64,000 bases of DNA from the human T2T-CHM13v2.0 reference genome, Homo sapiens (GCF_009914755.1 NC_060945.1), one strand, 5' to 3'. Positions 17,973 to 31,390 are shown, counted from the first letter of the stretch. The notes: generated from the sequence alone by a model not told the origin. Program-made: numbers and translations.

Positions 17973-18394
17973 TGTATTATTCTGTTCTCACATTGATATA
18001 AAGAAATAACGGAGACTGGGTAATTTATAAAGAGAAGAGATTTAATTGACTCATGGTTCTGAATGCTGTACAGAAAGCATAGTGACTTCCGCTGTTGGGG
18101 AGGCCTGGGGAAGCTTCTGATCATGGCAGAAGGCAAGGGGGAGCAAGGCATCTTTCATGTCAGGAAGAAGAACAAGAAAGAGAGAGAGAGGGAAGAGGTG
18201 CTACACACTTTTAAACAACCAGATGTCATGAGAACTCACTCATTCATTATCACAAGAACAGCACCAAGGGAATGGTGTCAAACCATTCATGAGAAATATG
18301 CCCCCATAATCCAATCGCTTCCCACCAGGCCACACCTCCAAAATCGGGGATTACAATTCGACATAAGATTTGGGTGGGAACACAAATCATATCA
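17973..18394 (-). mobile_element. MSTA solo LTR nested in the MSTB 3' LTR
   Basis: tgtattattctgttctcacattg ... acacaaatcatatca, antisense MSTA; host resumes at ggatccctca. Confidence 0.85.
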
Positions 18395-18440
18395 GGGTTG
18401 GATCCCTCAGGGCTTGGTGCTGACTTCAAAGACAGTAAAT

Positions 18441-18600
18441 GACAAAGGATAAATGCTTGATGGAATGGATACCCCATTTTCCATGATGTGCTTATTTCAC
18501 ATTGCATGCTTGTCTCAAAACATTACATGTATTCCATAAATATATACAGCTACTATGTACTCACAAAAATTAAAAATCAGAAAAAGAAGAAAAGAAGAAA
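18441..18600 (+). mobile_element. L1MA1/L1MA2-type 3' end (about 160 bp with A-rich tail) nested in the MSTB 3' LTR
   Basis: aaaggataaatgcttga..ggataccccatt..tactatgtactcacaaaaattaaaaat plus A-rich tail; degenerate TSD aaagacagtaa/aaagatagtga. Confidence 0.8.
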
Positions 18601-19530
18601 AAAAGATAGTGATTTCTCACAAGATCTGGCCTTTTAACAGTGTGTGGCTCCTCCTCCCCCACAACTTTCTCTCTCTTTCTCCTGCTTCTTCAATGTGACG
18701 TGCCTGCTCTTGCTTCACCTTCCACCATGACTGTAACCTTCCTGGGGCCTCCCAAGAAGCTGAGAAAATGCCAGTATCATTCTTTCTGCAAAGCCTACCA
18801 AACTGTGAGCCAATTAAATCTTTTTTCTTTATAAATTAACCAGTATCAGGTATTTATGCAATGCAAGAATAGCCTAATACAATAATTATTTTACAAAAGC
18901 TTGTTTGTTGTAGGATCTATCAAATAGGCTAATAAATCCTGTAGGTACTTCTGGCCTGGTTGTCATAAACGTTAGCAATGTCATTATCGGTATATTCTTT
19001 GTTATCGAATCAACAGATATATCTCAGAAGATATTAGAATAAAGGTAATAAACAGAAATAGGCTGAAGTGTTCCTCCCAGGAGAATATTACAATGTGTCA
19101 AAATAAACATAATGATATTCTGAAATAGGGGTCCCATTCTAGCTTCAGCTACAGATGTTAACCTTTCTAGGGACATGTTCTAAACATTCCTACTCCAAAC
19201 AAAGCAGAGAGATGGGAAGAGAATTTTTTTTTAGATAGAAAAGATGTAGTATCATGTAGCCATTTGTGCTCACCAGCTCCAAATTAGACCTCTCTGACAT
19301 TGGTAATGAGGGCTCACATAAAGAGATAGATATGAAGAACTGAGTGATTCATGCTACACTACTGACGGTAGTAAACCTTCTGGCAAAGAAGCAGTATCCA
19401 GAATTTGGGGAATATAAAATTTGGAAAAATAGAATCCATCAGTTCATCCTTTCAAGCCACACTGAATTCTTCTGTTTCTGAGTAACTGCCCTACTAAAGA
19501 AGATTTCAGAATTAAATATAACACTGCTGA

Positions 19531-19844
<314 letters not shown>

Positions 19845-20377
19845 AACATCCCAATTTTATTCTGCCTCAACACAAAGTAATTTGCTCTCATGTGTTCTTT
19901 TCTGTACTGTTATTCTCTTGCCAATGTGTAGATTTTCACCACTGAAGTCACCTTTCTACTCTTCTACTCTTCCCTCCAACTAAAAAACTCCTCAATTAGC
20001 TCAGGCTCATCTCCTAAAATTTCTTCTCCTGTCTTAATTTAAATTTGATAATAATCTAGTAATAAAGTGTTTCCTGTTATATTTTTGCTAAAGACTGCTT
20101 TTCATTTTATTTTATAAGGAATTCAATATTGAAGGCATTTTGGGGTTTTCTTTGCTTTAAAATGTCCCCATTTCTTCAATAATTAAAATAACACTATACA
20201 CAAACAGTATATCCTTTGAGATTCTTGTGTCCAGCTTCATCTTAATTTGCCCTCACCTCACTTTACCTATCTGCTCACCAAAGTGTCTCAATTATTTATT
20301 ATTTTGCCTCTTAACTTATACACTCCGATGTTACTCTTGCCATTGTTATAGATACATTCACCATTCAACAGAGTCAC

Positions 20378-20702
20378 TGTATTAGTTTTCTCGCTGTTGA
20401 CAAAGACATACCCAAGACTAGGCGATTTACAAAAGAAAGAGGTTTAACCAGACTTACAGTTCCGCGTAGCTGGGAAAGCCTCACATAGCAGAAGGCAAGG
20501 AGGAACAAGTCACATCTTAACATGGATGGCAGCAGGCAAAGAGAGAGCTTGCGTAGGGGAATTCCTCTTTTTAACACCATTAGATCTCAGGAGACTTACT
20601 ATCATGAGAACAGCATGGGAAAGATTTTGCCCTCATGATTTAGTTACCTCTGACTGGGTCCCTCCCACAACACATGAGAATTCAAGATGAAATTTGGGTG
20701 GG
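20378..20702 (-). mobile_element. THE1B-like solo LTR lacking its first ~20 bp
   Basis: tgtattag...aaagacatacccaagact...caagatgaaatttgggtggg. Confidence 0.85.
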
Positions 20703-20739
20703 CCTTCAAAGACTATTTCCTCCATAGCTTCTCCTTAAT

Positions 20740-21495
20740 AAATAAAATCTTATATTTTTAAAATACCAGACTAAAAACTTTGAAGTCGTCTTAGATTCTG
20801 CTGTTACTTTCATACTACACAGGCAGTTCCACAGCAAATGATGCTGGTTTTGCTTTCAATAATGTATCTACAATACAGCCAGTACTTATCTTGTATATAC
20901 TAGTTGAAATCACCATGATCTTATGCTTAGATTATTGCATTAGGGCCCTTACTGGTTTTATTTTACTTCCACCCTACAGTTTAGTGTATCTCAAAAGAGG
21001 TATCCAAATACTTTCTTTAAAATAAATATTGCATTATGTCACTTCTCTGATCAAGACCTACCAAGGACTTCCTATTCATTGAAAGGAAAATCTAAATTTT
21101 GTAAAATACCTACTAGCTTTTACATAATTTATATAAATACATACACACTTTATGATCTGGCCTCAAGGCTGTCAGGTGCAGAACATAAATTGTGTAGTAC
21201 ACAATATAAAATGAACCAGCAGACCGAATCTTTATAACCATACACGGCAATCTTATATCTTGTTATGTCCTTTTCCCTATTTGTTTTTAAAGTTCAGCAA
21301 TGCATGCCCTCTTGATTTTCCTCAAAATCATTGGAACCTCCTCCTCAAGTGATTTACATTTTGTTCCTTCTGCTAAAAAATGAATGCTCTTACTTAAGTT
21401 AACTATATGATTTGCCCCTTTGGTTTCTTCATATCTTTGCTCAAATGCTACCTTATTACACAAGCCTTTCTTGACCACTATGAATAAAATGACAA
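20740..21495 (+). mobile_element. L2 LINE 3' region (ancient)
   Basis: L2a-like motifs, e.g. ctttgctcaaatgctacctt...gcctttcttgacca. Confidence 0.55.
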
Positions 21496-21770
21496 CACTG
21501 CCTGGCTCACTCGACCCCCTGAATCAATTCTGGAATTGTTTGCATTGACATTCTCTTTTGTTCTGTAGTTTATGTCTAGAAAGCTGATCCCTGCAGGCTC
21601 TGTTTTCCAGATTCCTGGGCTAGCTGGGTTCAGTTGGGTTTGTTTCATGACAGGGACCAACAGGATTTTTGGAGACCAGAAAAATAAGAGAGGCCAAGTT
21701 AATCTTTTTCTCTCTTTATCATAGTGAGTCTTTCTAGCAGACATTGACTTCATTGACTTCTCTGTGTGGC

Positions 21771-22277
21771 TGTCTTAGTCCACCTTGTGCTGCTTTTAAG
21801 AAATACCTGATTGCAGAGAGCCGAGATGGCCCCACTGCACTCCAGCCTGGGTGAAAGAGCGAGACTTCATCTCCAAAAAAAAAAAAAGGACCTGAGGTGG
21901 CATAATTTATAGAGAAAAGAGGTTTATTTGGCTCGTGGTTCAGTATGCTCTACAGGAGATGTGACACTAGCTTCTGCTTCTGGGGAGGCCCACGGAAGCT
22001 TTCACTCATGGCAGAAAGCAAAGGGGAAGAGGAATCACACGGTGAGAGGAAGGAAGCAAAGATGGGGGTAAGAGGTGCCAGGCTGTTTTTAGCTGTCTCT
22101 AACAATCAGTTCTTGTGGGAACTAATAGAGCAAGAACTCACTCATTATCAGGCACAAAGCCATTCATAAGGGATTCACCTCTACAACCCAAACACCATTC
22201 ACTAAGCTCCACCTCCAACATTAGGAATCAAATTTCAACATAAGATTCGGAAGAAACAAATATTCAAATGATGTTAG
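21771..22277 (-). mobile_element. MSTB1/MST-family solo LTR, interrupted by a short Alu
   Basis: tgtcttagtcc..tgtgctgct..aaatacctga / ..aatttatagagaaaagaggtttatttggctc..aaatttcaacataagatt. Confidence 0.8.
21811..21887 (+). mobile_element. Severely 5'-truncated Alu (last ~65 nt plus polyA)
   Basis: ttgcagagagccgagat...catctcc + A13; flanked by aaatacctga / aaggacctga (degenerate TSD). Confidence 0.85.
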
Positions 22278-22324
22278 TGGTTTTTAGCCAGACCCAACGA
22301 TGGATTTATCTTTCACTGGGTATA

Positions 22325-24386
22325 AAGTCTTAATAATGACCTTAAATAATAACCTGGAGCCCATGAATGTTAGCTTTTAAAGCAAAAGGGACTCTGCATG
22401 TATGATCAAGTTAAGAATCTTGAGTGGCAGAGAGCTTGGGTGACTTTTGCCCTAGTTATGTGGAAAACAGAACTTGTAAGCAATAAACTTGTATATTTAG
22501 TTTAGACGATTTATAAGTAAAATGTTGAAGTTGCAGCCTTGCTTCTTTTTGCTGCTTATAGTAAAATGTTAAAGGAAAAAGATAAATTGAAGAAAGAACA
22601 GTTAAACAAAAATAAACCAGAACTTGATGACCTGAGAAATTCTTTTATTTATTTCTTTACTTTTTGAAACAGAGTCTCACTCCATTGCCCAGGCTGGAGT
22701 TCAGTAGTGCTATCTCAGCTCACTGCAAACCTCCACCTCCTTCCTGCCTCAGCCTCCTGAATAGCTGGGATTAGAGGAACATGCCACCACGTCTAGCTGA
22801 TTTTTCTGTGTTTTTAGTAGAGACAGGATTTCACCATGTTGGCCAGGCTGGTTTCAAAGTCTTAACCTCAGGCTACCTGCCATCTTGACCTCCTAAAGTG
22901 TTGGGATTACAGGCGTAAGCCACCATGCTTGGCCAAGAAATTCGAATACTATCCAACTTTCAAAAGACGCTAAAATTAGGAGATTCAATATCCAAAAAGC
23001 ATGCTTAAAAGGAAAATTCAAGGATGTCACCAAACAACTTTTGAATAGTGCTTCACAGTATTAAAAGATCATAATCTACATTCACACAGAGGGCTCTTTA
23101 AAGACATTAAGAATATGATTCATGAGTTCTTTCAACTATCCTAGGAGAAACCAGAAATAAAGATGGTATTATCCAGGAAACATCTTGGGAGGACACTCCT
23201 GTTTAATGGAATAAATCCCCATGACTTACACAGGAGATCCACGATGTACTTGAGATGTTATGTTGGCAGAAACACTGCCAGTTAGCCCTGAAAAAAATAA
23301 AGAAAGGAAACAAAATAAAGAAAGACAGGCTGTCAGACTCCCAAATTTCCATAAGCAGGAAAGAGGGATAAAACGTCTCAGCAGTAAACATGTGCACCTT
23401 TCAAGGGAAAAGGAGGATAATTCATGAGCAGAGCCTCAAGATCAGAGGGTAGATCCTGGAACCAGAGAATGCAGGTGTGGGTCTAGAGAATGGAGCCAAA
23501 ATCCACAGAGGTTTGCTACCAGGTCTTGAAACCTAATGGACTCTACTAAACAGTAGGATTTCAAAATTACTTAGGACTGGAGTCTCCTTTCTTCTTTTAG
23601 TTTTCTGTCATTTATAATGGGAATGTCTATAATTATTATCTGATGCCTGTTTCTCCATTGTATTTTAGGGATACATTATTTGCCTTCTCATTTCCCAAGT
23701 CCACAAATGGAAAAAGGATTTTGCTCTAGGATGGATGATTTAGATAATGAGAGTTAGGACTGTTGAGCTAATAACATTTATGTAAGATTTTGGACTTGAA
23801 TGATAATGTAATAGGTTAAGATATTTGGTGATATTGGGATGGGGTGATTGCATTTTGAATGTGAAATAAACATTAGTCTTTGGACACTAGAGGGAAGACT
23901 ATGGTAGAATGAAAAATGGCTACTCAAAATAACTCGGGTCTTAATTCCTGGAACCTGTAAATGTCAGCAATATGGCAGGACTTTGCACATGAAACTAAGG
24001 TGATAATCTTGAGACAGAGAGATCATTTTCAATTATTTGGATGGGCCCTAAATCACAAGTGTCCTTGTAGGAGAGAGGCTGAATGGATATTTTTCTACAG
24101 AAGAGGGAGGCGATATGATAACTGAAACAAGATGCTAGTTGAGGTTTTGAAGATGGAGAAAGGGATTGCCAGTCAAAGAATGTAGCTCTAGAAACTGGAA
24201 GAGGCAAGAATATGAATATTCTCTTAGAACCCCTGGAAGGATTATGGCACTGCCATAACCTTGATTTAGATCTAATGAAACTGATTTGAGACTTCTTACT
24301 CCAGAATTGTAAAATAATGAATGTTTGTTGTATTAAGCCAATAAGTTTTCCATAATTTGTTACAGCCAAACATGGGAACAAGTACA
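22325..24386 (+). mobile_element. MLT1D-type MaLR provirus: partial 5' LTR (~22325-22428) fused to internal region, 3' LTR 23900-24386
   Basis: cctggagcccatgaatgttagc..aaaagggactctgca parallels the 3' LTR start; MLT1-int motifs; PPT ggacactagagggaagac before the LTR. Confidence 0.75.
22643..22934 (-). mobile_element. AluS/J with a ~17-bp internal deletion
   Basis: Antisense Alu; TSD agaaattc; lacks cgggttcaagcgattc near 22740. Confidence 0.92.
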
Positions 24387-25269
24387 TTGGGTAAACTTGG
24401 CTGTTCAGCTGTGGTAATTCCCCTTGCTCCTTTTGTCCCTATGGCCTTGCTGCTATAAAAACTCTTGGTGGCATCACAGTGTTCTATTTAGGCTCCCATC
24501 CCTTCCACCAGTTGTGTTATCAATTCGCTACATTAAATTCCCTCTTTTAAAAAAAATTAGACTTTTTTCTTCTAGTTTACATCCTGCATAATATACTTAT
24601 TCCCTTACCTTATTATTTTCTATAGCAGTTATTTATTTGATATGTCACCAGGTTGAATGGGCTACCTAAATGAATATTGAAATGACTTGGAATGATCATT
24701 GGAGTAAGAGTAAGTCAGAAGATTCTAAACTGGTTACATCATTTGAGACCACCAACAAGGGTCCAGTATCAGATGTAAGTAGAAAGGAAATAGATTGTCT
24801 GAGAGCATGCATCATTTGTGAGATAATTTAAATACAGGTGGTAAAAGAATAAGGTCTTGATATGATAGTGGAGAAAAGGAGAGTACCTAACCTCAGTCGA
24901 TGACTCCTTCTCCCTAGTACAAACGAATAGTTTAATGGGCACCTAGAAAATGGTGGAGGGGAACCAGGATAAAAATAGCATAGTCAAAATAAGTAGACTT
25001 CATTTAAGGCTGTTATTTGAAGTTCTCTGAAATAGTTGTGAGTGTTGGCTTGCAATACAAAGGGAGCTTAGCAAGCACTGTGGATAGCACTTGTAAATAG
25101 GAAAACAATGAAAACCTGAGTATGAAAAAGTTTTAGGATGTTTTTAAAAATATCTTTTTTAAAAACATAAATTCTGTGAATGTTGAAAGTTAGAAGCTAA
25201 TATCTAAGGAGTATTTATTTTATTCCAAGCTAAATTATTGTTTCATTTATATCATCTCAATTACTTCAT

Positions 25270-25412
25270 TATGCTTTAAGAAGTAAATAGTGCTGTTACT
25301 CCCATACTGCAGTGTGAAAATTGAGGTAAGAGAGTGAGTTAACTTGTCCAGAATGACAGATTGTAAGTGGAGTGGACTTATCAGTGGAGTCGACTTATCA
25401 GTGGAGTCAGAT
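25270..25412 (-). mobile_element. MIR fragment with a 17-bp tandem duplication
   Basis: MIR core aaaattgagg..agagagtgagttaacttgtcca; unit agtggagt(g/c)gacttatc x2.5 at 25366-25410. Confidence 0.6.
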
Positions 25413-26523
25413 ATTTTACATTTTCTTTTTTTCCTTAGAGACAACCTAGACAACCACACTGATGTATTGTCCCCTCACTTATCCCTTCTATCTATATCCA
25501 TATAAGAGTTAATAACATCTGGAGGACCTTTGTAGGAATTTAATAAATGTTTGTTATTTATGAGTGTTTTAGTTCCTTTGATGAAGAGACCACATACATA
25601 CATGAAAGTTATTAACAGCAAAATATTGATGTAAGCATTATCATACCATCAGAGCCACTCACAAGGAACATAATTAAGAGAATTATCTGATATTCATCCA
25701 GAGGTCTAGTGATTCCTTATGCTTATTTATTATGTTTATTTTGCCATGATGTGATTTAAAATGCAACCATAGTGCTGCTGTAATGTCTCTGTTCAGCCAT
25801 GCTTCTAGAAACTCTCCTTACACTTCTCATCTATTTTATTTGCCAAGCAGTAAGCAGTTTATGTAATGCATGGAGGCACCTGACCTGCAAAACGATTAAC
25901 ATTTACTCTCTGGATGACCAATTCAGGTACAGTAATTAGAAAAGTAACAAGGTCAAAAGGAAATCCATTTATTGTTTCCGCATTTGAACTTTGTAAAATG
26001 CTTCAAATGATATATATTATTTGAAACATATACATAAACTAAATCACACTAAAGTGTATTTTTATAAGCAATATCTGCACATGAGCATGTATTAAATAAA
26101 ATATTGAGTGTTCTTAATTCTGCAAAATGAGAGGCCATAGTTAGTGAATAACTTTTTATTACCCAATATCTTCCCAGTCAAGTAGCTCAATTTTAAACAA
26201 AAACTTCCATAATTTTAGATGCCTTCAGAAAACGATTGTATTTTATGTCACAGAACATACATAGAGACTAGTTAGAATACATGTGTAGAGTAAGTATTTA
26301 TGAAACAACTAATCTCTTTCAATACTTGTTATAAAACTTAAGCTTCTCATGAATCCATTTTGTATCCCAAATAACTGAATAGGGCTAGCAAGAATCCTGA
26401 AATAAAGAGTGTTACAGCAAACAGCTATTGGGACCATTAACAGCAACAAAGTTAATGACATAATGCACTAAAGTTCTTAGGCTTAATTTAGTTTAAATTT
26501 CTAATACATTAATCTAAATATAT

Positions 26524-26872
26524 AAGATGCTTCTTGACTTACGGTGGAATTACATTTGGATTAATTTATTATGAGTTGAAAATGTTGTAAGTTGAAAATG
26601 CACTTAATGTGCCTAACCCACTGAACACCAAAGTGTAGCCTAGCCTATCATAAATGTACTCAGAATGCTTACATTAGCCTACAGCTGGCAAAATCACCTG
26701 GTAACACAGTACACTGTAGAATATTATTGTGAGGCTGACTAGAGCTTTGGCTCACTACCACCGCTCAGCATTACTAGAATATCAGATCACTTTATGCTGA
26801 AGGCTTATCACTTTTACAACCATTAGGAAGTTGAAAAATTTTGAGTCAAACCATTGTAAGTTGAGGACAAAG
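26524..26872. mobile_element. MER47 (Tigger5-derived DNA transposon)
   Basis: TIR-like ends agatgcttcttgacttacg / accattgtaagttgaggac with TA flanks; internal cttacattagcctacag. Confidence 0.8.
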
Positions 26873-27085
26873 TATAGGTGACAAAATATGATATTTTAAA
26901 CAACTTCAATGTTAGAAACAATAACGATAATATCCTATATAGCTTCAATGTTAGAAGATTTTTTTTTGCCTCAATATAGGTGTCATGTGAAGATGTGTTT
27001 GGCTAAAACAACTTATTCAAATATGGAATACTTTTACAATAAACTTTAATACGTACATTAAAAAGAGTAAAAGTTAAATATGATG

Positions 27086-27501
27086 TGTAATAGTTAATTT
27101 TATATCAATTTGCTGGATTATTTTACCCAGTTATTTAATCAAACAATAATTTGTGAAAGTATTTTATAGATGTGATTAACGTATACAATCTGTTGACTTT
27201 AAGTAAATGAGATTACTCTTGATAATATGAGTAGGACTCATTCAATTATTTGAGGATCCTACAAGCAAAAATTGAGCTTTCCCTGAGAAGAAAAAATATA
27301 CTGCTTTAAGACCGTATCATCAACTCCTGCCTGAGTTGACGAGCTGCTGGCTTGCCCTACAGATTTCCGACTTGTAAGCCCCAACGATTGTGTGAGCCAA
27401 TTTCTTAAAATAAATTTCTTTATGTTGATCTATATCTATATTCAAATCTAAATCTGTACATCTATTTCTTGTTGTTTCTGTGGAGCCCCGTAACTGATAT
27501 T
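27086..27501 (+). mobile_element. MLT2D (ERVL) LTR serving as the 5' LTR of a chimeric provirus
   Basis: tgtaatagttaatttt...gatgtgattaac..aatctgttgactttaagtaaa...gtgagccaatttcttaaaataaat...ggagccccgtaactgata matches MLT2D over its full length. Confidence 0.85.
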
Positions 27502-29394
27502 GATTTTGGTACCAGGAAGTGAGATGCTGCTAAAACAAATACCTAATACTATGCAAATGGTCTTGGAATTCACTAACGGGTAAAGGCTGGAGGAGTTTTT
27601 AGATGTGTGATGTAAAAACCTGGGTTGCCTCAATGAGGCTGTTAGAAATTCGAATAAGGAGATCCTGGTAAGGACTTAAAAAAAGAAGTGAATAAAGTTG
27701 TAGAGAAAGCTTCTATCATCTTCAAGAATATATATATCATCACGGACAGAATATTGGTAGAAAAATAAATGTTAAAGGCGTTTCTGGTGAAGTCTCACAT
27801 AGAAATGAAGATAATATTAATAAACACTTGAGGAAAGTGACCCTTGTTAATGAGTAGTGGAAAAATTGACTAGATCGTGTTCTAATATTGGATGTAAGAA
27901 ATGAGTTTTTATGTTTGGCGGAGGTGATTTCCATGCAAATTATAGAAGGTGTGTCTTAGTTTCTCCTTGCTTCTTATATTAAAATGCAAGGTGAAAGAAA
28001 TACACTAAGAAGAAAATGCTAAGCAAAAAGTAACCAGAACATGATCATTTGAAAAATTCTCAGCCTATATTGCAAATGGCGTTACAGTGTGCTCTTGAGG
28101 AAACACCTATGGATGGCTAGACAAACTTTTACTGGAGAGATTAGGTGTGTGACTTACGTGCAATGGTTTAGATATGGTATGTTTGCCCTCAGCAGAACTC
28201 ATGTTGAAATTTGATTTTTAATATGGTGGTGTTGAGAGGTGAAGCCTATTGGGAGGCGTTTCGGTTATTGGGGCAGATTCCTAATGAATACCTTGCTTCT
28301 GTTTTTGCAGTAATTAGTTCTCACTCTCATGAGACTAGATTTATTCTCACAGGCATGGATTTGTTCCCACAAGAGTACATTATCATAAAGCCAGGGCGTC
28401 CTTTAGGCTTTCCTTTTTTAAGTGTTCACTTCCCCTTTGATCTTTGTCATGTGGTGACACAGTACAGAAACCCTTGGCAGAAGCCAGGTACATGCCCTTG
28501 AATAGCTCAGCCTGAAGAACTGTGAGCTAAATAAACCTCTTTTCTTTATAAATTACCCAGTGCCAGGTATTCTTTTATAGCAACGCAACATAAACTGGGA
28601 CACACATGTATTCAATAAACAATCTCATCAGAAGCTAGGAGTATAGCTGAGGTCATCCAGGAAGGATCTATGGAGAATCTTTGTATCTAACAACATGGAT
28701 CCCCTTGACATATAGAGATAACCCACAGGGTTTTAAGAATGTTATACCAATTAAAAAACTGCCAAATTGGACTAAAGAAGACAGATATGGGATAAAATGA
28801 AAGAAAGACTCTGAGACTCTGAGGGTTCTACTGGTAGAAAATGGACTGAGAGGGCTACTTGGTTTTGAACATATGTTCCCATTTTAGGGGATGTTGGGAT
28901 GGGGTGAAGGTATTTTGCACATGGGACAGAGATGAATTTTGGAAAAAGCATAGTGTACTGGAATGCATAGTGTCCCCCAAACTTAATATGGCCCTCCAAA
29001 GTTTATGTCTACCCAAAGCCTCAGAATGTGACCTTGTTTAAAAATCAGGTCGCTATGGATATAATTGGTTAAGATGAGGCTATACTGGATTAGAGCAGGC
29101 CCTGAATCTACTCAGGCAATCTTATAAGGAGGGGGAGCTTAGGAAACCATGTGAATGTGGAGTCAGAGACTGGACTGATCTATAAGCCAAGGAATTCCAA
29201 AGATTGCTGAAAATCACTAGAAATTAGAAGAGAGGCATGGAACAGATTCTCCCTCAGAGTCTCCAGATGAAACTGCCACTACTGACACCTTGATTTCATA
29301 GTTTTGACTTCCTGAGTGAGAGAGAAAAATGTGTGTTGTTTTAAGTCACCCAGTTGGTGATATTTTATTATAGCAGCCTTAAGAAACTAATAGA
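27502..29394 (+). mobile_element. MLT1C-type internal region (27502-28953, interrupted by MSTC) plus MLT1C 3' LTR (~28954-29394)
   Basis: PBS gattttggtaccaggaagtg followed by gctgctaaaacaaatacctaa (MLT1-int); LTR ..cctcagaatgtgaccttg..gttaagatgaggctatactggattag..aaactaataga. Confidence 0.82.
28159..28602 (+). mobile_element. MSTC-like solo LTR nested in MLT1-int
   Basis: tgcaatggtttagatatggtatgtttg..actcatgttgaaatttgat ... aaacctcttttctttataaattacccag. Confidence 0.8.
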
Positions 29395-31057
29395 TCACGA
29401 TAAAAATTATTTGAAATTAGAGTCCATAATCAATACATTCATCATCAGATGCTTTCTTAGGTAAAAGAAAAATGAAAATACATTTCTTGTATTTTCTAAA
29501 TCTTGTGCCTGAGAAAGATCAAAAAGCATGAATAACAAAAATTAAGATTGTTAGTATTTTCACGTTCAATGAAAACAAATATATTAAAATAATAAAACAG
29601 TGGTAAATGATCATGTCAATTTATTACATTTTGATAAAAACACCTGTTTACTTTGAATAGAAGTAAGTCAACATGATGTCTTTAAACATTTCCACCTAAA
29701 CTGCTTTTTACCTATAATCAATCTTTTAAAATGTAAATATGTTTTGATTTTAGATCTTATCAGTTTGCTTGAGGCACAGATGTCAAAATGAGATATTTTT
29801 TAAATGAATGATCATGAGGAATTTTAGCTGTATTTTTCAAAAAGCATAATTTGAGTCTGGCAATAAACTTAACCTTAATTAGAATAGCTATTACACTAGT
29901 GATAGAAATAATTACTGATATCAGAATGTAATATATTCAGTAGGATGTAAGGTCCCCTTAGTATTTTGATAGCTAAAGAAGCATTGAGGCCATATTTTCT
30001 ATTAAAATAAATGCAACTTATTAAATATATGATTCAAAACATTTTGCATTTGTCTCTCGGTATGAAAAAGAGGCACATTTCATTATCAAATGTTCTTTTT
30101 ATCTTTTCCAATTACCCTGCAGCATTAAGAAAACACATTTTCCCACATTTAATTAAAGTTACGCATGATCAGCTTTAACTGGTAAGCACAAATAAACCTT
30201 TGTAACTTCTATGCTATTCAGTTCATCTACAAATATCCAGTCTCTAAAGTATCTTGTTGCTGATAATAGGCTGTTAAAATCAATTACTACAATCTATGAG
30301 GTGATCTAGACTAATTTTTTCTTATATATATGTACTAAATTCAACTTGCAATAATTCCACCCAACGTAACAATATTTTACATTTTTTATGCATCACTTTC
30401 TAAAACAGAAGAGGCATACTTTGACCTTAAAATTTAATTCTATGTTGTGGAATTTTTAAAATATAAATTTCAGAGTTTACTCTCATATTCACTGTTAAGA
30501 AAATACTAACTTATTAACCATTTACTATACCCCACACTCTGTTTTGTGCAGATAACTTAAGTAATGTAAATCCACAGTCAAAAAAATCAATATAAAAGAT
30601 AGTCATGCCTGTTACGTTACAAATGAGATAAATATATGTATGATATAATGTTTTGAGAGCTGATAAGAGTTAGAAATGTATCAGGTGAGTTAGAAATGAT
30701 TACATAAAAGAGAGATTGAATTAAAATATTTGAAGTCAAAAAGGATTCCAGACAATGACTACCACCTTAACATAAACAACAGATGAGGATAGCTTGGACC
30801 AGTGTAGGTGATGAAAACAGGTTTGATTCTGGATATATTCTGAAGTTTGAAGTAACAGGAAATGCTGGTAGAACACACGTGGATTTCTGTGAGAATGTTT
30901 TTTATTTTTTTGCTTTAAAATATTTTGACTTCTACTGAAAGTGGAAATGCTTTGGAAGAGATGGGAATGGGGAAATCTTTGTGTACATATTAAATTTTGA
31001 ATACTTATTAGTCATCCAGGTTGAGACAAAGAATAGACAGTACATTTATGAGTCTGA

Positions 31058-31390
<333 letters not shown>

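Larger units (their letters stand above)
21500..24590 (+). mobile_element. LTR33-like ERVL LTR split by MST and MLT1 insertions (pieces ~21500-21770, ~22280-22320, ~24390-24590)
   Basis: 3' piece ends ...attaaattccctct as in LTR33; 5' piece weakly similar. Tentative. Confidence 0.4.

Noticed and set aside
25366-25410. Short direct repeats as a CRISPR-like array
   Set aside because: Head-to-tail units with no spacers, in mammalian DNA with no cas genes.
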